Origin: Podarcis melisellensis
Taxonomy: Eukaryota
Reading direction: 5' to 3' (one strand)
DNA length: 64,000 nucleotides
Assembly (NCBI GenBank): GCA_964234715.1
Contig: OZ174280.1
In this document: piece by piece, positions 22,833-35,837 of the stretch
How positions within the stretch are numbered: the stretch's first letter is position 1
Layout of the letters: each line of letters opens with the position of its first letter
Translations under genes and position numbers: made by a program
The notes under the pieces: model-generated
Seen by the model: the letters and a program-made list of their open reading frames with translations, nothing else
Databases searched by the model: none
Told to the model about the DNA's origin: nothing

Positions 22833-22866
<34 letters not shown>

Positions 22867-24514
22867 TCCAAATCCCTGGGCCACAAACACAAGAAAAGTT
22901 AGATTTTTTTTGGAGAATAAACACACAGGTTAATCAATGTACATCAGATCTTTTTTCTCATCTAAATAGTCTGCAAACTGAACTTCTATTGTTTTAATTA
23001 CTGATCTCTATTTATTGGCTGACTACCTTATGCATCATTGCAGCTGACATTCCACCAGAACTAACTTGCCATGTCATTCTATCCCTACCAACACCACACC
23101 TGCATGCACCACCCACAGTAATTGTGTGTGATAATTTTACCCCCTACGCATAGCAATATCACTCAATGCATATTTTTGAGCTGACAAATAAACATTGCAG
23201 CTGCAACAAACACCATTGTGTCTTATTTAGAATGTGGTTTATCCACAATGATCTATGGAACTGTGATGTTTTAGATTAGGTGCTTAGTCCAATACTGACA
23301 CGTGTGTGTGTGTGTGTGTGTGTGTTTCCGGAATGGGGATGGGGACAACTAGTCTCCTAGAAAAAGCAGCACTGATTTACATGAACACAGAACCTGACCT
23401 TTTTAGTTTAGAATAGGCTTCAGTTCTGGTAAAATATTCCCAAAATTTGTTCAGGTTTCTATCATCTGCACAGGTGCAGATGCCTGCCAATTGCTGTCAG
23501 GAATCCAATCATTGGCCCTCATGTTAATTGCTTCTGCTTTTCATCTTGCTAAACAGAGCTATACTTATGTGTGCTCCTTTGGGGTGGTGACAAGGGCCTG
23601 CCCCATTTTCTTCAGAGGGGACCATATTACTTGAGCCATGTGTCATCACTTTCTGCCCACTTGAGTTGTAGGACTTCCTCTTCGCATTAAGTGAAAAAGA
23701 CTGTTCTCAACAATGGCTTTTATCTGCCTGAACACAGTCCGGTTGGCCTGGATTTCTTCGAAATGTCTCCCATCTGCTTCCTATTTGGACTTCAGCAGGC
23801 ATTCAAGGTAGATGTATTCTTATTTATTTAATTATGGTCTCATCCCCAGGGATCCTTTCTTTCTGCTTCAGTTTTATTATGCCTGCTCTTCATTTCCGGA
23901 ACATTTTTGAGTACCTGTTTTACGGTTTTTCATGACTGAGCTACACTACCAATTCTTGTCAGTGTTGTCTACAAGCAAGACAAAGTAAAGACCTTGTCCT
24001 GGCTAATGACCCCAAGATACTGTTTTGGCAAATGATAAAGAACTGTTTGAATACTGTGAAATGTTTGCAAAAACAATTTATTTAGGGCCGAATGGCATGC
24101 AATCTTGGCAAAGGCATCCTTCCAAACTTGCATTTGTTGAGATAATGAGTTGGTTCAAATAATCTCAGTTCAGAAAGCTATGAATGAGCCTTTCCCCTCC
24201 ACACTCATCCTTTTTGATCCGATGAAGGTTCAACTAGGAAGCCTCTAATTAGTTTCTCTTTTACCTGAACTGGAAAAATACCTCAGTTTTGGTACAAGCC
24301 AGTATATTAATTAATAAAGTATTATTAATTAAAGTATATTAATGCGGCATCAAACTATGCTTAAATATCATGGCTGGTCCAAGACTGGTAACCAAGGCCT
24401 GTGTGGAGAGTGCCTACGGGATTTGCCCTGAGGCCTCATACTCAGAGGAAGCCTCCAATTTAGACATCTGCTGATTTTGGGGGGCATTTAATAAGTTTCA
24501 TGAATTGTTTTTAT

Positions 24515-24790
24515 GTAGTGAAGTGGTTTGAGTATTGGATTGGGACTGGGGTTCAAATGCCTCTCAGCTGTGGAGCTCACTGGGCAGTCTTGGGCCTGAC
24601 ACTATCTCAGCCTTACCCACCTTATGGGTTTGTTGTGGCTGATTAAAAATATTATGAGTATACTGCCCTTCATTCATAGATCTCAGGGCAATTCAATGGA
24701 GGAAGGGGAAACCATGCACACTGCCTTGCACTCCCTTTGAGGAAGGAAGTGTAGGGATATAAACATAATAAACTAAGAATATAAATAACA
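24515..24790 (+). mobile_element. MIR-like tRNA/CORE SINE with L2-like tail, degraded
   Basis: Contains ggttcaaat, gctcactggg, ttgggcc, ttgttgtgg and tail gggatataaa. Homologous to 57725-57950. Confidence 0.65.
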
Positions 24791-26235
24791 AGATGCTTTG
24801 TTTTATTGAGGAAGTATTCATCCACTCATCTGTAGTCCAACAGCAATTATACAGTCCAAAAGCTCCAGATATTGCTGAAATACAACTCCGTTCAGCCCAA
24901 GCATGCATGGCCAGTGACTTGCTGTTGTTCAACAACACCTGGAAGGCCAAAGCTTCCTCACACCTGGTCTACAGCATCCTTAATATTTTATGTATAATGA
25001 CCCATTTAAAAGACAGTCTTAGCTTAAAAGCTCTAGGGAAGTAAAATCCAGCCTGCAAGAGGAATGTGGGGAAAATGGTCTTGTTTAAGGTTTGGGGGAT
25101 TCCCCCCCCCCAGTGGTGTAAGTTGTAAGATGTTTCTATTTAGTAAGAAAAATATGACTTATTGCAAAGTAATTTATATTTCTTTCTGTACCACAAAATG
25201 TAAACTTACTGGTTAGCTAGAGAAACAAGATTGCACTAAATTCTGAGTAACAGATCTTGAAAACGACGCAAGGTTATCTTTATAACTCTGCCTACAGGAA
25301 TGATGCATTTCACGTTTGCTTGTAGCCTTCTGGGATTTCCTTTTCTCTCATGACTATTTGAATTTCAGATAATATTTCAGGTAATAATATTCAGATAATA
25401 TTTTGGGAGGTGGCATGAAAAATATTAATGCTGGAATGGGGAGAAATGCAAAGAGGGAGAGAGAGGGGGAGAGAGAGAGAGGAACACTGTTTCCTGCAGT
25501 TTTAAGTTCCCCATCATTGAAAGTCTATTTGCCATATACTTGAAATGCTCTAAGAACAACAGAAATCCATGCATGAATGCTTATGCGCAAAGCAGAGTAA
25601 AAATAGAGTTTGGGGACCTTGTGGAGAATAACACTGAAAAGGGCAATTGCACAAGGTCTGCCTCACCCTTTTGTTAACCTTTGTCTGGGAAATCTCCAGA
25701 GCCACTTAGCATGAACAATGAAGGAAACTCTGGTTCATAGCTGGAAATGTGCACTATATTTTTGTATGCTTATTTTACATCAAGTCTGCATAGTAGCTCC
25801 TAGGCCATGACTTGTGGGGATACTGCATTTCTTCAACACGCTATTCCTTGGCCTAAGACCTTTTAAGATTCTTTTGAAAATAATAATCAGGTACCTGGGA
25901 TCTCAGGTGACTGAGAATTGAAAACAAGAACTGATTTATTACAATAGATAAAAAAGTGGAGACACTATCCGACATAGCATGAAATCGGAAATATTAGAGA
26001 CATGGAATATATGCACATTTAAAAGGGAGAGAGAGATAAAATGCTATCAAGATTGTTCCGCCAGTCTTAAAAACTCCTTAAAACCATGGGTAAGAGCAAA
26101 AAAGAAGACACATTTGCCATCTTCTACTTTCTACTATGGATCACTATGACGACTCTCATTTTACATACCCATGAAAAAGAGGACATGTCCTGGAAAAAAG
26201 AGGATATTTGGCAACCCTAAATGGGACAAGAGGTA

Positions 26236-26400
26236 ATGAACCAGTGTAGTGTTAGAACCAGGTTCAAATTTTCATTCAGCCATTCAGCTCATTGAACTAA
26301 TCACTTTTCACACAGTCTAACCTACCACACAGACCTATGTGGAGAGTACAACGGAAGGGAAGAATACAGGATCTACATATTTTAATTAAATTAAATAAAC
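26236..26400 (+). mobile_element. MIR-like SINE fragment
   Basis: Contains gaaccagtgtagtgttagaaccaggttcaaat and cagtctaacctaccacacag. Confidence 0.55.
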
Positions 26401-27054
26401 TGTGTGAGTTCTCACCCCAGAGAAAGGTACGTGTAAAGAAACCCAGAAGACTTTGCTGTCTAGTTTTCATATCCTTTAGAAGCCCGTCAATCAAGCAGAC
26501 TTACTAATTTGAACCAAAAGTCTGAATATATATATATGTATGGGCTTGTACACAAGATTTTCAAATGGTCTTAAATCAGAAGAAGTCTGGAGAATATCCA
26601 GCCATCCACTTTACTGCTAAAATTTATCACACATCTCACATTTGGTTTTGCTTGGCAAATGCCGCTCTAAAAGATGCCGGGCAAAACTGAAATAGTTTGA
26701 AGGTTACACTTGGTTGTGGTGAGTAGCCAGTGTTTCTGATGCTTTGCCAAATGTATCAGAATCTGTTTTTTTCCGGAAAATGGGCCAAGAACATTACAAC
26801 GTGGGTCTCCAAAACACTCAGGATTAGACAGACACTGCTTGCGTTGCAGCCAATTGAAGCTTTACGTCTGACATCTTAAAGAACAATATTGTGTGCTCTG
26901 AACATTTCTCTTTATGTGACCATTCTTTTTGTTAGGTGTTCGCTGTCCAGAATGAAATCAGTATTTTTTTGTTCTGTGAACCATGAAGCAGTTCAGTCTG
27001 TTCCACAAAAAATGAAAGTTGTTTGCTTGCTTGCTTGCTCACTCACTCACCAAC

Positions 27055-27090
<36 letters not shown>

Positions 27091-27804
27091 GAGAGAGAGT
27101 CAGTCTATGTTCCTTTCTACCTTCTTTCGGGAATAAGAGAAATACCACACCTGATCTTGTACTGTATGCAATATTGCCAGTGTCAGAGCAACTGATGATT
27201 ACCTACAGTAACATAAACAGGTTGTGGCTCATGAAACTTGAGTTCCTTGCAACTATTTATGTTACTGAACTACAACACCCATCAAATCCATTGAGTCTGA
27301 CTAATGTTCACAGATGATTGGAGCGATAATCCAAAAAAAATCTAGAGGGCACCATGTTGGGGTAGGCTGCTTTAGATGCACATCCCCAATGTTTCTACAG
27401 AGCGAAGTGATGCTCTGCAGGTACACTCCCATTGTCATTTCTGTGATTGCAGTGGTTCATGCAGTACATTTCTCCCTGTTATTAGGGACGGGAAATAGGG
27501 GAAGAATTGTACCACCTGTGTAAACTGGCTCCAAGTCCTATGAGAAAAGCTAATCTTGCCATGATTTCTTGTCTGGTTCACTTGAGCCAAGAGGCAGGCT
27601 GACTTCACGCCTTCTTCGTGCCTATCAAAATAAAACCTTTCAACAAGCCCCACCCCAGGGCCCTCCTACTGTAAGTGAACATTCAAAAGTATTTGCCTTC
27701 AGCAATGAAGAATCCACCTATTTTCTCTTGAGCATTCTAAAAAGATGAGCAAGAATGCACATGAATGAAATCAAAGCAAACATTGCAAATTGTTGCATAC
27801 ACAG

Positions 27805-27972
27805 CTTCACCAGGAAGAACTTTCTGACAGTAAGAGCGTTTTGACAGTGGAATGTGCTGGTGGTGGACTCTCCTTTATTGGAGGTTTTTAAACAAGAGGT
27901 TGGATAGCCAACTGTCAGAGATTCTTTAGCTGTGATTCCTGCATCGCAGAGGATTGGACTATTATGGACCCT
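27805..27972 (+). mobile_element. CR1 LINE 3' fragment
   Basis: Contains aggaagaactttctgacagtaagagc, ggaggtttttaaaca, gattcctgcat and ttggacta. Confidence 0.8.
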
Positions 27973-28613
27973 AAACTAATATAAAATAGAGAATGGAGTT
28001 TTTTTAATGCAAGAAGGTTAAGGTACAAAGTCATAAAAGACATAGGAAGAAGGAATAGGTGAGTTGAAAAATCAGAGTATTTGGTATTAAAGCAGCATGT
28101 GGCATACATGGTGTCCATCTAGTTAATCCTGCCTTAGTCCAGGTTCTGAGTAGATGCCGGGTAAGGCGCTTAGTAACAATCAATTTACAGCAGCGTAATG
28201 ATATAAGAGTGCCTCCAGAACAAACATTTCCATTATGCCTGCTGCAACAGTATTTTAATTCAATGTTGATATAAAAAGAACATCAAAAAATTTTCAGCTA
28301 AGCAGGAATGGTACCCCTTTGATAACTATTGTCCTTCTAACCATCCCATTACAAAAGAATAATCTTATTTAGGTACCGTACTTACATGTCCAAGACATAG
28401 TTAACTTAAAAAAAAAAATCCTTACAACATTATTGTAATTAGCATCACTGATGTGTTTACAAAGGTTGGGTGGATATCATGGATATCAGTCAGTTTGAGA
28501 GATTGCTGCTTAAAAGAAAATAATTTATTATTTATACCCCACCCATCTGGGGTAAAGAAAGAAAGAAAGAGTGATTGAATTATTTTTAGAATTTATTTAT
28601 GAAATTAATTACA

Positions 28614-29042
28614 GGGAAGGGCCACAGGTCCATAAGAGAACACCTGTTATTTGCATGTAGAAGGGCTCTGGTTCAATCCCTGGTATCTCCAGGAATGCCC
28701 CCTGTCTGAAACCCAGGAAAGCCACTGCTTGTCAGTGTAGACCAGGAATGGACATTCCTCAGGCTTATTGGATCCACTTCTGTTTTTTATTAGAACTGCA
28801 AGATCTGCAAACCACAGCCAGGTGCAGAAGACCATACAGTCAAAGAACAAGATCCTTCCAAGCACATTCTGAGCCTAGGAATGTGCCTTCAGCAATTTAG
28901 AAGTTGTCAGAAACCTTTACTGCAAATCACCCAGAGACCTACCAGCAGGCCTTGAGCTACCTTTTTCTCACCCCTAGTATAATACTGAGACAGGTGGACT
29001 AATGGTTCAGCTCAATAAAAGGGAACTTCATATATGTCCCTA
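28614..29042 (+). mobile_element. Squam3-like SINE split by a ~235-bp insertion
   Basis: The head and body (28614-28742) end gtcagtgtagac. The tail resumes at ~28980 with aatactgag..ggactaatggt..cttcatatatgtcccta. Confidence 0.65.
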
Positions 29043-32000
29043 CCTACACAATTCTGATTCTGATTCTGCCTGCTCTTACCAGACTTGGCCAGTGATTACT
29101 AGTGCTTCTCTGCTCTGGCTGGCTAAGAACCATAAATAAACCAGCATTCTGTTCTTATTTTCAAATGAAGCAAACTCTAAACCCAGCCTTTTCATCTGGA
29201 CTAGCAAAACCAGTAGGACTTCTGGAACTCTGTAAGCCTTCTTGACCTAATATTTCTTCTAACTGAGGTTGTCATTATCCTATTTGTCTCAGTACAGTGG
29301 CATTTGAATACATGGTGGGTTTATTCAGTGCTCTCAGAGGTGGAAGCATTTATTATCAAAATAGAAGCACTACGTCATGTGCATAATTGCAGCATATGAC
29401 AAACAACAACAACATCAACCCACAAGCAATACAGGACATGGCAGCCTATGACTCATGTTTACTGTAAACAGAGCGGCTTGGTGCCAGATGTCAGCAGCAC
29501 AAACCACCAGCAGCTTATTCCAGCAGGAGGAAAACAAAACACCATGACTCCATTATTCTGGATGACTGCTCTATGCAAAATTCCTTGGAATAGGAGACAA
29601 ATTTGAGCATGCTTTTATATATATATATAAGAAGCTCAGCTTGGTACCCAACTTACAGCCAATAGGTTTTGCCCAGTGTTGCACAAATGGAAGACCAGCT
29701 CACACAATGGAACTTGCCTTCCTTCCCCCACTTCCAGGACTTCTCAAAAAGTCCTACTGGTGCAAGATTTTTTTTATCAGTCTGAGGTGATTTCCACCCC
29801 CCACCACCACCACCATAGCCCCATAGGACAGAATGTTGAAGAGTCCCCTCCCCAGTCTGCAGTGAGGCTTTTCAAAGGGGCTGCCCAGCTACCCAGCATG
29901 TGGGCATTTGTCAGCCACATCTATTACACCAACCAAATTACAGATATGTAGGGAAATGGTGACAACCACTCTGAAATATACTGGAGTATCAAGGACTATC
30001 GAGGGCAATTTGATGTTACTTTATTAAAATATTTCTAAATCATTTTTATTCAAAAAAATGTTTGTAATTGTGGTTTACAATAACTGGAAATGCACAATCT
30101 GCGAAAGAAAACACGCAACACATAAAAATCAGAACACATCGGATCAAAGAAACCCCCAAGTCGCCCCTGTGAGCTCTCTTCCATGAAAGTCAATGGAATG
30201 AAGCAGCTCCATTCGTTTGCAGTGGGGTGGGAAAACATAATGGGGGTTGCTTCATAAACACCTGGTCATGTCATGAATGCATTGTGGAGTTACCTCCTGA
30301 TAAGTTTCACCTCCCATAACAGCAGCATCAAAGCCCCATAGGAAACAATTTAAGTGCTGAAGCCTCACTGCTTTCAATGGGATATGTTTACACTTCTTTC
30401 TTTGGCTTGTGCAGATGAGCTGAGCAGCGATGGTGTTAAGATGTTAAAAACACCCCACAATAATTTGGGTCAAGCTGTTCCATGATGCAATCTAACATGA
30501 CATAATTAGAGGAGTCCTTCATAGGTTTCTGGAGCCATAATGGATCCCACAAGTATGCTGTACTTTCTCCTGACCTGGAGCTGTTCCATCCATTAAAATA
30601 AATGAACTTAAGCACCCCTTCTAGAAGACATAAACAGTTCCGCTGGTGCTTTGATGTCAGGCTGGAAAGCAAGTCCCTGTGACCTGCATTGTCCTGACAA
30701 GTGTGAAAACAACCTTAGTCATTCCTAATCTAAGTGGCATTTGAACTAGCAAACTTTACATACACTTTAGAGATAATAATCTGACATTCCCTTCATTAGA
30801 ATGCAAAGACTGTCAGACTGCTGCTGTAAATCATGGCTCTTTCAATACACACCACTCTGCCAGGTACTTCTCAAAAAGACAAAAAGACAAGCACAAACAG
30901 CCAGACGGATTGCACAAAAAGTAATGAGAGAGTAAGGGCCATACAGATTGTGACGGTGGCAAAGTAGTAATTTGAAAAGAAATGATTTTACAGCAAGCAG
31001 GCCCAGAATTCATCAGTGTACAGCACAGGTGTCTCCTCTCACTGCAGATGCTACCTGGCAGTCCAGCTGCTGATGAGGGAAAACTATGTCTAGACTCAGC
31101 TGGAGTGAATTACTTTATCAGAACACTCCATAGGAAGTTGTATGAATGGCTGGCAATGCTTTTGGCTAACCTGAGCATCAGACTCACTCTGGGAGGAGGG
31201 GCAGGACTGCCAAAGGCCCTTTAGCTTTCTCTGGCTAGGAGCAACATTTCCCTTTGTTGGACAGGGATATTTAGATGGGCCAGGATCGTTAGTGTTTTAC
31301 AGCCTTGTACCTATAAATTCTCATGCTCTGTATCAGGAGCCAACCTCTTAGCATTTAAGCACCAGGGAAACTTCCCTTTGGTTATCACTGGAGCATGTTA
31401 TTCATAACTGTTCAGATTTCATGTGCGTGAAGCATCCCTGCATCAACATTGTGCCCAATGGGAAGAAGATACACATCAGAGGCTATGCTAGCAGATTAAA
31501 AAGATGCAGCAAATTCTTTCAAGCAAAGTTACACACACGCACACAATCTGGCATGTTTGCTCTCAGGGCTGGATGTCTGAATCAACTGTTCTGTAGGTTT
31601 TACAGAACCTTTACGAGAAGCTCTGGGTACATTGGTCCCCTGATAAAAGAACACCACTTAGTGTTCTCCTGTACTGAAATATACAATTCCAGATGGAATC
31701 TACCTATTAAAATGTCTCACAAATTATAATGACTATATTAATTAATCTGCAGTTATTAATCCCAAAGTAACAATGCAGTGCTGTAGACAGCGAAAGCTAA
31801 TCTTGAAGAGTTACTGGAAAACAAAACATACCGCTACTTTTGATTTTTCAAACCCATCATAAACTCCCACCAAAAAAACACAAACAAAAACAGGATGCTA
31901 GAGGAAGGTTTTTTAATAGGATTAACAGAGAGTCACAGCACCAGGCTGTAAGGAAGGACTAGGCCTACTTGCTATAATATGAGAGAATTTTGCCATCTTA

Positions 32001-33511
32001 TGATGTTACTTCCCAAATCCAAACTGCTGCTGTAGACAGCACATGAACAGCAGTTTCCAAATGTGGTTGCGAGGCTCTGTCATGGCACCATGACTGCATT
32101 CAGGTATTGCATCTTAATAAGTCAAGACACAAGTAAGCCATTTAACCACACATACACACACAAACCCCCCCCACATCCTTTGAAAGTGAAACAAATAAAC
32201 CAGTAAGTCATCACTTAACTATCTTTTCCTGTTTCATATGAAATGAGAATCAATAGATACCACCTTCAGAACAAGCCAGAATGTAAAACGAATTTCAAAC
32301 TACCTTCCTGGTTCAGACAAAATGGAAAACAATTGTTCATCAAATATTTATGCGTTTGTTTGTACTGTGAATGAAGACGTGAAGGTGTATGCTGCCAAAA
32401 GCCGTGTTCATATGTCAGCTTATTAAAGCAATATACAATTGTCCAGACTCCCCGTTTCTCTTATCACTTCTTGAACCCCAAACATCAGGTTACGGCTAAA
32501 TAGACAACCAATCACTGTTTTCCCAACAGAACTGTTCTTGCTGCATTCCCTCAGCAATCTCCATCTGTAAGTTTGCCACAAAAATCCCTTGGCTCTCTTG
32601 CCACAATACACCTATGGCCAGAGTACATATTACATTTGCCATTGAGGGGCCACAGGAAAGGCTCATAAAGTAATGGTGTTCCTTTGCACAATTATTTACC
32701 ACTTCTGCAGCTGAAATTCACTTTCCTTCCACTATCCAGTCTTTAAACCCTGAAACTTGATACCCTTCCCATATATAAAACTTTCCCTAATGACTTATTC
32801 TGGAAAAATACATATGATTTAACTGAAGCCAGCAGAGAAATTTTATTTTTCTCCCAAGTTCCAAACAGTTGTAATAATACAACAAAAACAACAACATTAG
32901 AACTTTCCACATAATTAGACCAATATGGAATTTTCTATTAAATCGTAGTAATGACATTATAGTGGCCATTTATTAACCTCTGTTCCAGCCAGGACCATTT
33001 CAGATTCTGCCACCAATAGAACAGGTCAGAAATATAGTGTGACTAGACTTTTAATAACCTTTTTTAAATGCTGCAAGCTATGATCAGCTGATATAAACTA
33101 TCAGCCAGCCATATCTTCATAACCAAAAATGGCCCCTTTCTGAAACCCCTATTAAGAACAGGCCAGGTGTAACAAAATTCATATTCTTGATGACTTTCAG
33201 CTCAAGCACAAAAATAGCAGGCTTATGTGAACTAAGTCAGCTATTTTCTTAACAGAAACAGTCCTTGAATGAAAATAAAAAGCAAGATTCCTGAGTCTTC
33301 AGCAAATCTATTCCAGATTTCCACCAAGTGATAAGTACAAAAGTACTTCAGTTCTCGTCAGCAAAAAAACACTGTAAAGTAATGTTGATTTCCTAACATA
33401 CCAGCGAGGCCAGCGAGAGGAAACATTGTTGTAATGTGAATATCTGGCTTATGCAAAGTGACACTGAACCTTTGGTGGAGAAAGAAAAGAAAACTTTGGT
33501 AGTTTCAAGAT

Positions 33512-33667
33512 AAGAAGCTGCCGACATATGGCCAGACCTTTGGTCCAGCTAGCCCAATGCTGTCTACTGGATCAGCAATCCAAGTCCTCTCTCAGATCTA
33601 CTACCATGGCTTTTTGATTGGAGATGCCTGGGATCAAACCTGTACTCCCTGAGTTATGGCCTCTCCT
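33512..33667 (-). mobile_element. Squam3-like SINE, degraded
   Basis: Reverse-complement similarity to 1469-1662 (ggagatgcctgggatcaaacc, tgagttatggcc). Confidence 0.55.
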
Positions 33668-34044
33668 GCAAAGAATATCATCCAGGCTCTTTGGGGCCCA
33701 GGGAGGAAGACAATAGGAGCAATTCATTCCCACATGGAGGCAGCCACCACAAACACTGACAAAGCATCCACGCTAATGGAGAAGAAAAGGAAAGTGGGGC
33801 TGAAATGAACATTCAGCCACAGGGACTCCTCGAGCTTTAAAAGTGATACGAGACTATTTATCATCAGATTCAGTTTTGTCATTATAATATTTTTAAAGCG
33901 GTGTCCACCTTGGGATGCTTTGGAGAATGTGCAAAGATTTTAACTGTATTTTATAATACTTTGCGATTTTATTTTTATTGATGTTTGTAGCATGGATCCC
34001 ACATTGAGGTCATTATGATAAAAAGTGGTATATAAACTTCCCCT

Positions 34045-34210
34045 GTGGATTCGAGTTATAAGAAAGGAGATTCTGACTAAACATCATGAAGAACTTTCTG
34101 ACAGTAAGAGCTGTTCTACAGTGGAGCAGACTTCTACGAGAGGTGGTGGTCTCCCCTTCTTTGGAGGACTTTAAGCAGAAGTTGGGTGGCATCTAATTGA
34201 GATTCCTGCA
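34045..34210 (+). mobile_element. CR1 LINE 3' fragment
   Basis: gaaaggagattctgactaaacatcatgaagaactttctgacagtaagagctgtt; homologous to 27805-27972. Confidence 0.8.
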
Positions 34211-35208
34211 ATAAATACACACACCACCTCCAGCACCTCTGTCCTCTGTTCTCATGAAAATCTGAGGCCACACACATCCATGGCTGCTTGGAAGTATGAA
34301 AGAGAGAGATCCAATCACGGATGTCCTGTGTTATATCTATTTTGACTCTGAGTTGCTAGACTGTGGTGGAATCTCCAAGCTACTTCTCTTTATCTCATAG
34401 TATTGCTCAAGTGACCAGCATGACTGGAGCTTCCTTTCTTTTGATACACCATGTGGCACATTAGTCATCATCACTGCAGAATGGATTTCCATATATCAAT
34501 GTCCTGATTCCTTAGGATAAACACTTAAAGGCCCTGGCACTTTGTGTGCCAGGGAAATGTTTCATTAAAGGATCATGAAATAATAATAAAAAGCATGACA
34601 GTAAACCTAATTTATGGCCGAATGCAAAGTATGTAGCTGTCTATATCTCCCAGATTAGAGAGAGATTTTAAACAGTGAAGTCGTCAATATCACTAGGTAT
34701 ATGGGATTTTGGAGCCTGATCCATCTAACGTTTAAGTTACAGCTGTTTTGTCAGACTGTCCCATATTGTTTTCAAGTGGCAAAAGAACTTTAGTTAGGAA
34801 GTGGGGGTAGGGCACTGGTAGTAAATTAATCCATAAAAGAGGTGTGCTGATTAGCTTTATTTTATTTTTCACATTCCGACTTCCATTCTGATCAGGGCTA
34901 TTTGATACAGACCACAAATAGAAGCAGAGAATAATCCAAGTTCCTCTCGGAGCCTCTAGGCCATTTTAGCTCTTCTCCAATTTTCTGCTTCTTTGTGAGA
35001 TCATTCACTAAACCTATAGCACTATTTGAACATTTATATTCATGCTCATCAGTCAGGGTTCTAAATCACACAAGGAATCTGTGTGTGCATGTAGTCCCCC
35101 TGCTTTAGACACCCCCCCAACATATGACTCTTGGAGGCCAGCGATGGATGGGAGCATGATGGTGCTGGCAGAGCAAGTGAGAGCAGTCCTGCTCTGTTCC
35201 TCTTCTGA

Positions 35209-35340
35209 TGAGAACCAGTGTAGTGTAATGGTTAGAGTGTTGGACTAGAACCTGGGAAACCTGGATTCAAATCACTGCTCAGCCATGAAGGTGGCTGGGT
35301 GACCTTGGGCCAGTCACTGTCTCTGCATCTAACCTTCCTC
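35209..35340 (+). mobile_element. MIR-like tRNA SINE, 5' part
   Basis: Contains gagaaccagtgtagtgtaatggttagagtgttggactag, ggattcaaatc and gggtgaccttgggccagtcact. Confidence 0.75.
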
Positions 35341-35699
35341 TTCTTACGATGAGAAGAAGTAGAGGAGAAAAGCATGTTCTTACATTCATTACTCATATGC
35401 AAAGCAATTCCATGAACACTGGCGGGTGGGCTATGTACATTTAGTCAGCTTCCTTCAACAACCATAGGTTGCACATGTTTGACTGTAACAGTTCTCTACT
35501 GTGCAAACTGCTGCTGTCAGGTAAGGGATCGGTGTAACAGAGGGATCGGTGTACCCACAGAGCTCTTGCACATGTGCTTATGCACTGGAGCTCCTTTACA
35601 GACAACTGTCTGCTGTGAATGCAGTGGCTGGGCTAAAACCACATCCTCACTCCCCAGTGAACATAGCATTTGCCCTACATACAAACAATGTGTGTTAGT

Positions 35700-35837
35700 A
35701 CCGGGTAGCCAATGTGGGGCTCTCCAGGTGTTGTTGGACTGCAACCCCAAGCATACCTGGCTGTTGGGAATGCCAACTAGGGCTGATGGGAATTTGAGTC
35801 TGCTACTATCAGGAGGATTACAGGTTTGCTGCTCCTG
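35700..35837. mobile_element. Short palindromic MITE (same family as 3572-4144)
   Basis: Contains ctccaggtgttgttggactgcaacccc and gatgggaatttgagtc..caggagg. Related remnants lie at ~24850-24970, ~39745-39800 and ~49037-49140. Confidence 0.55.

Larger units (their letters stand above)
20684..22857. mobile_element. Penelope-like element (Penelope/Poseidon type), 5'-truncated, with an inverted partial copy
   Basis: Left arm 20722-21650 is the reverse complement of right arm 21876-22804 (929 bp each). Spacer 21651-21875 is unique. The element has a GIY-YIG ORF, a hammerhead motif in each arm and (AT)n flanks. Confidence 0.95.

Noticed and set aside
32300-32710. Possible minus-strand first exon ending MNNCFPFCLNQE
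   Set aside because: The donor (AG|GTAGTT) is weak, and there is no promoter evidence or homology.
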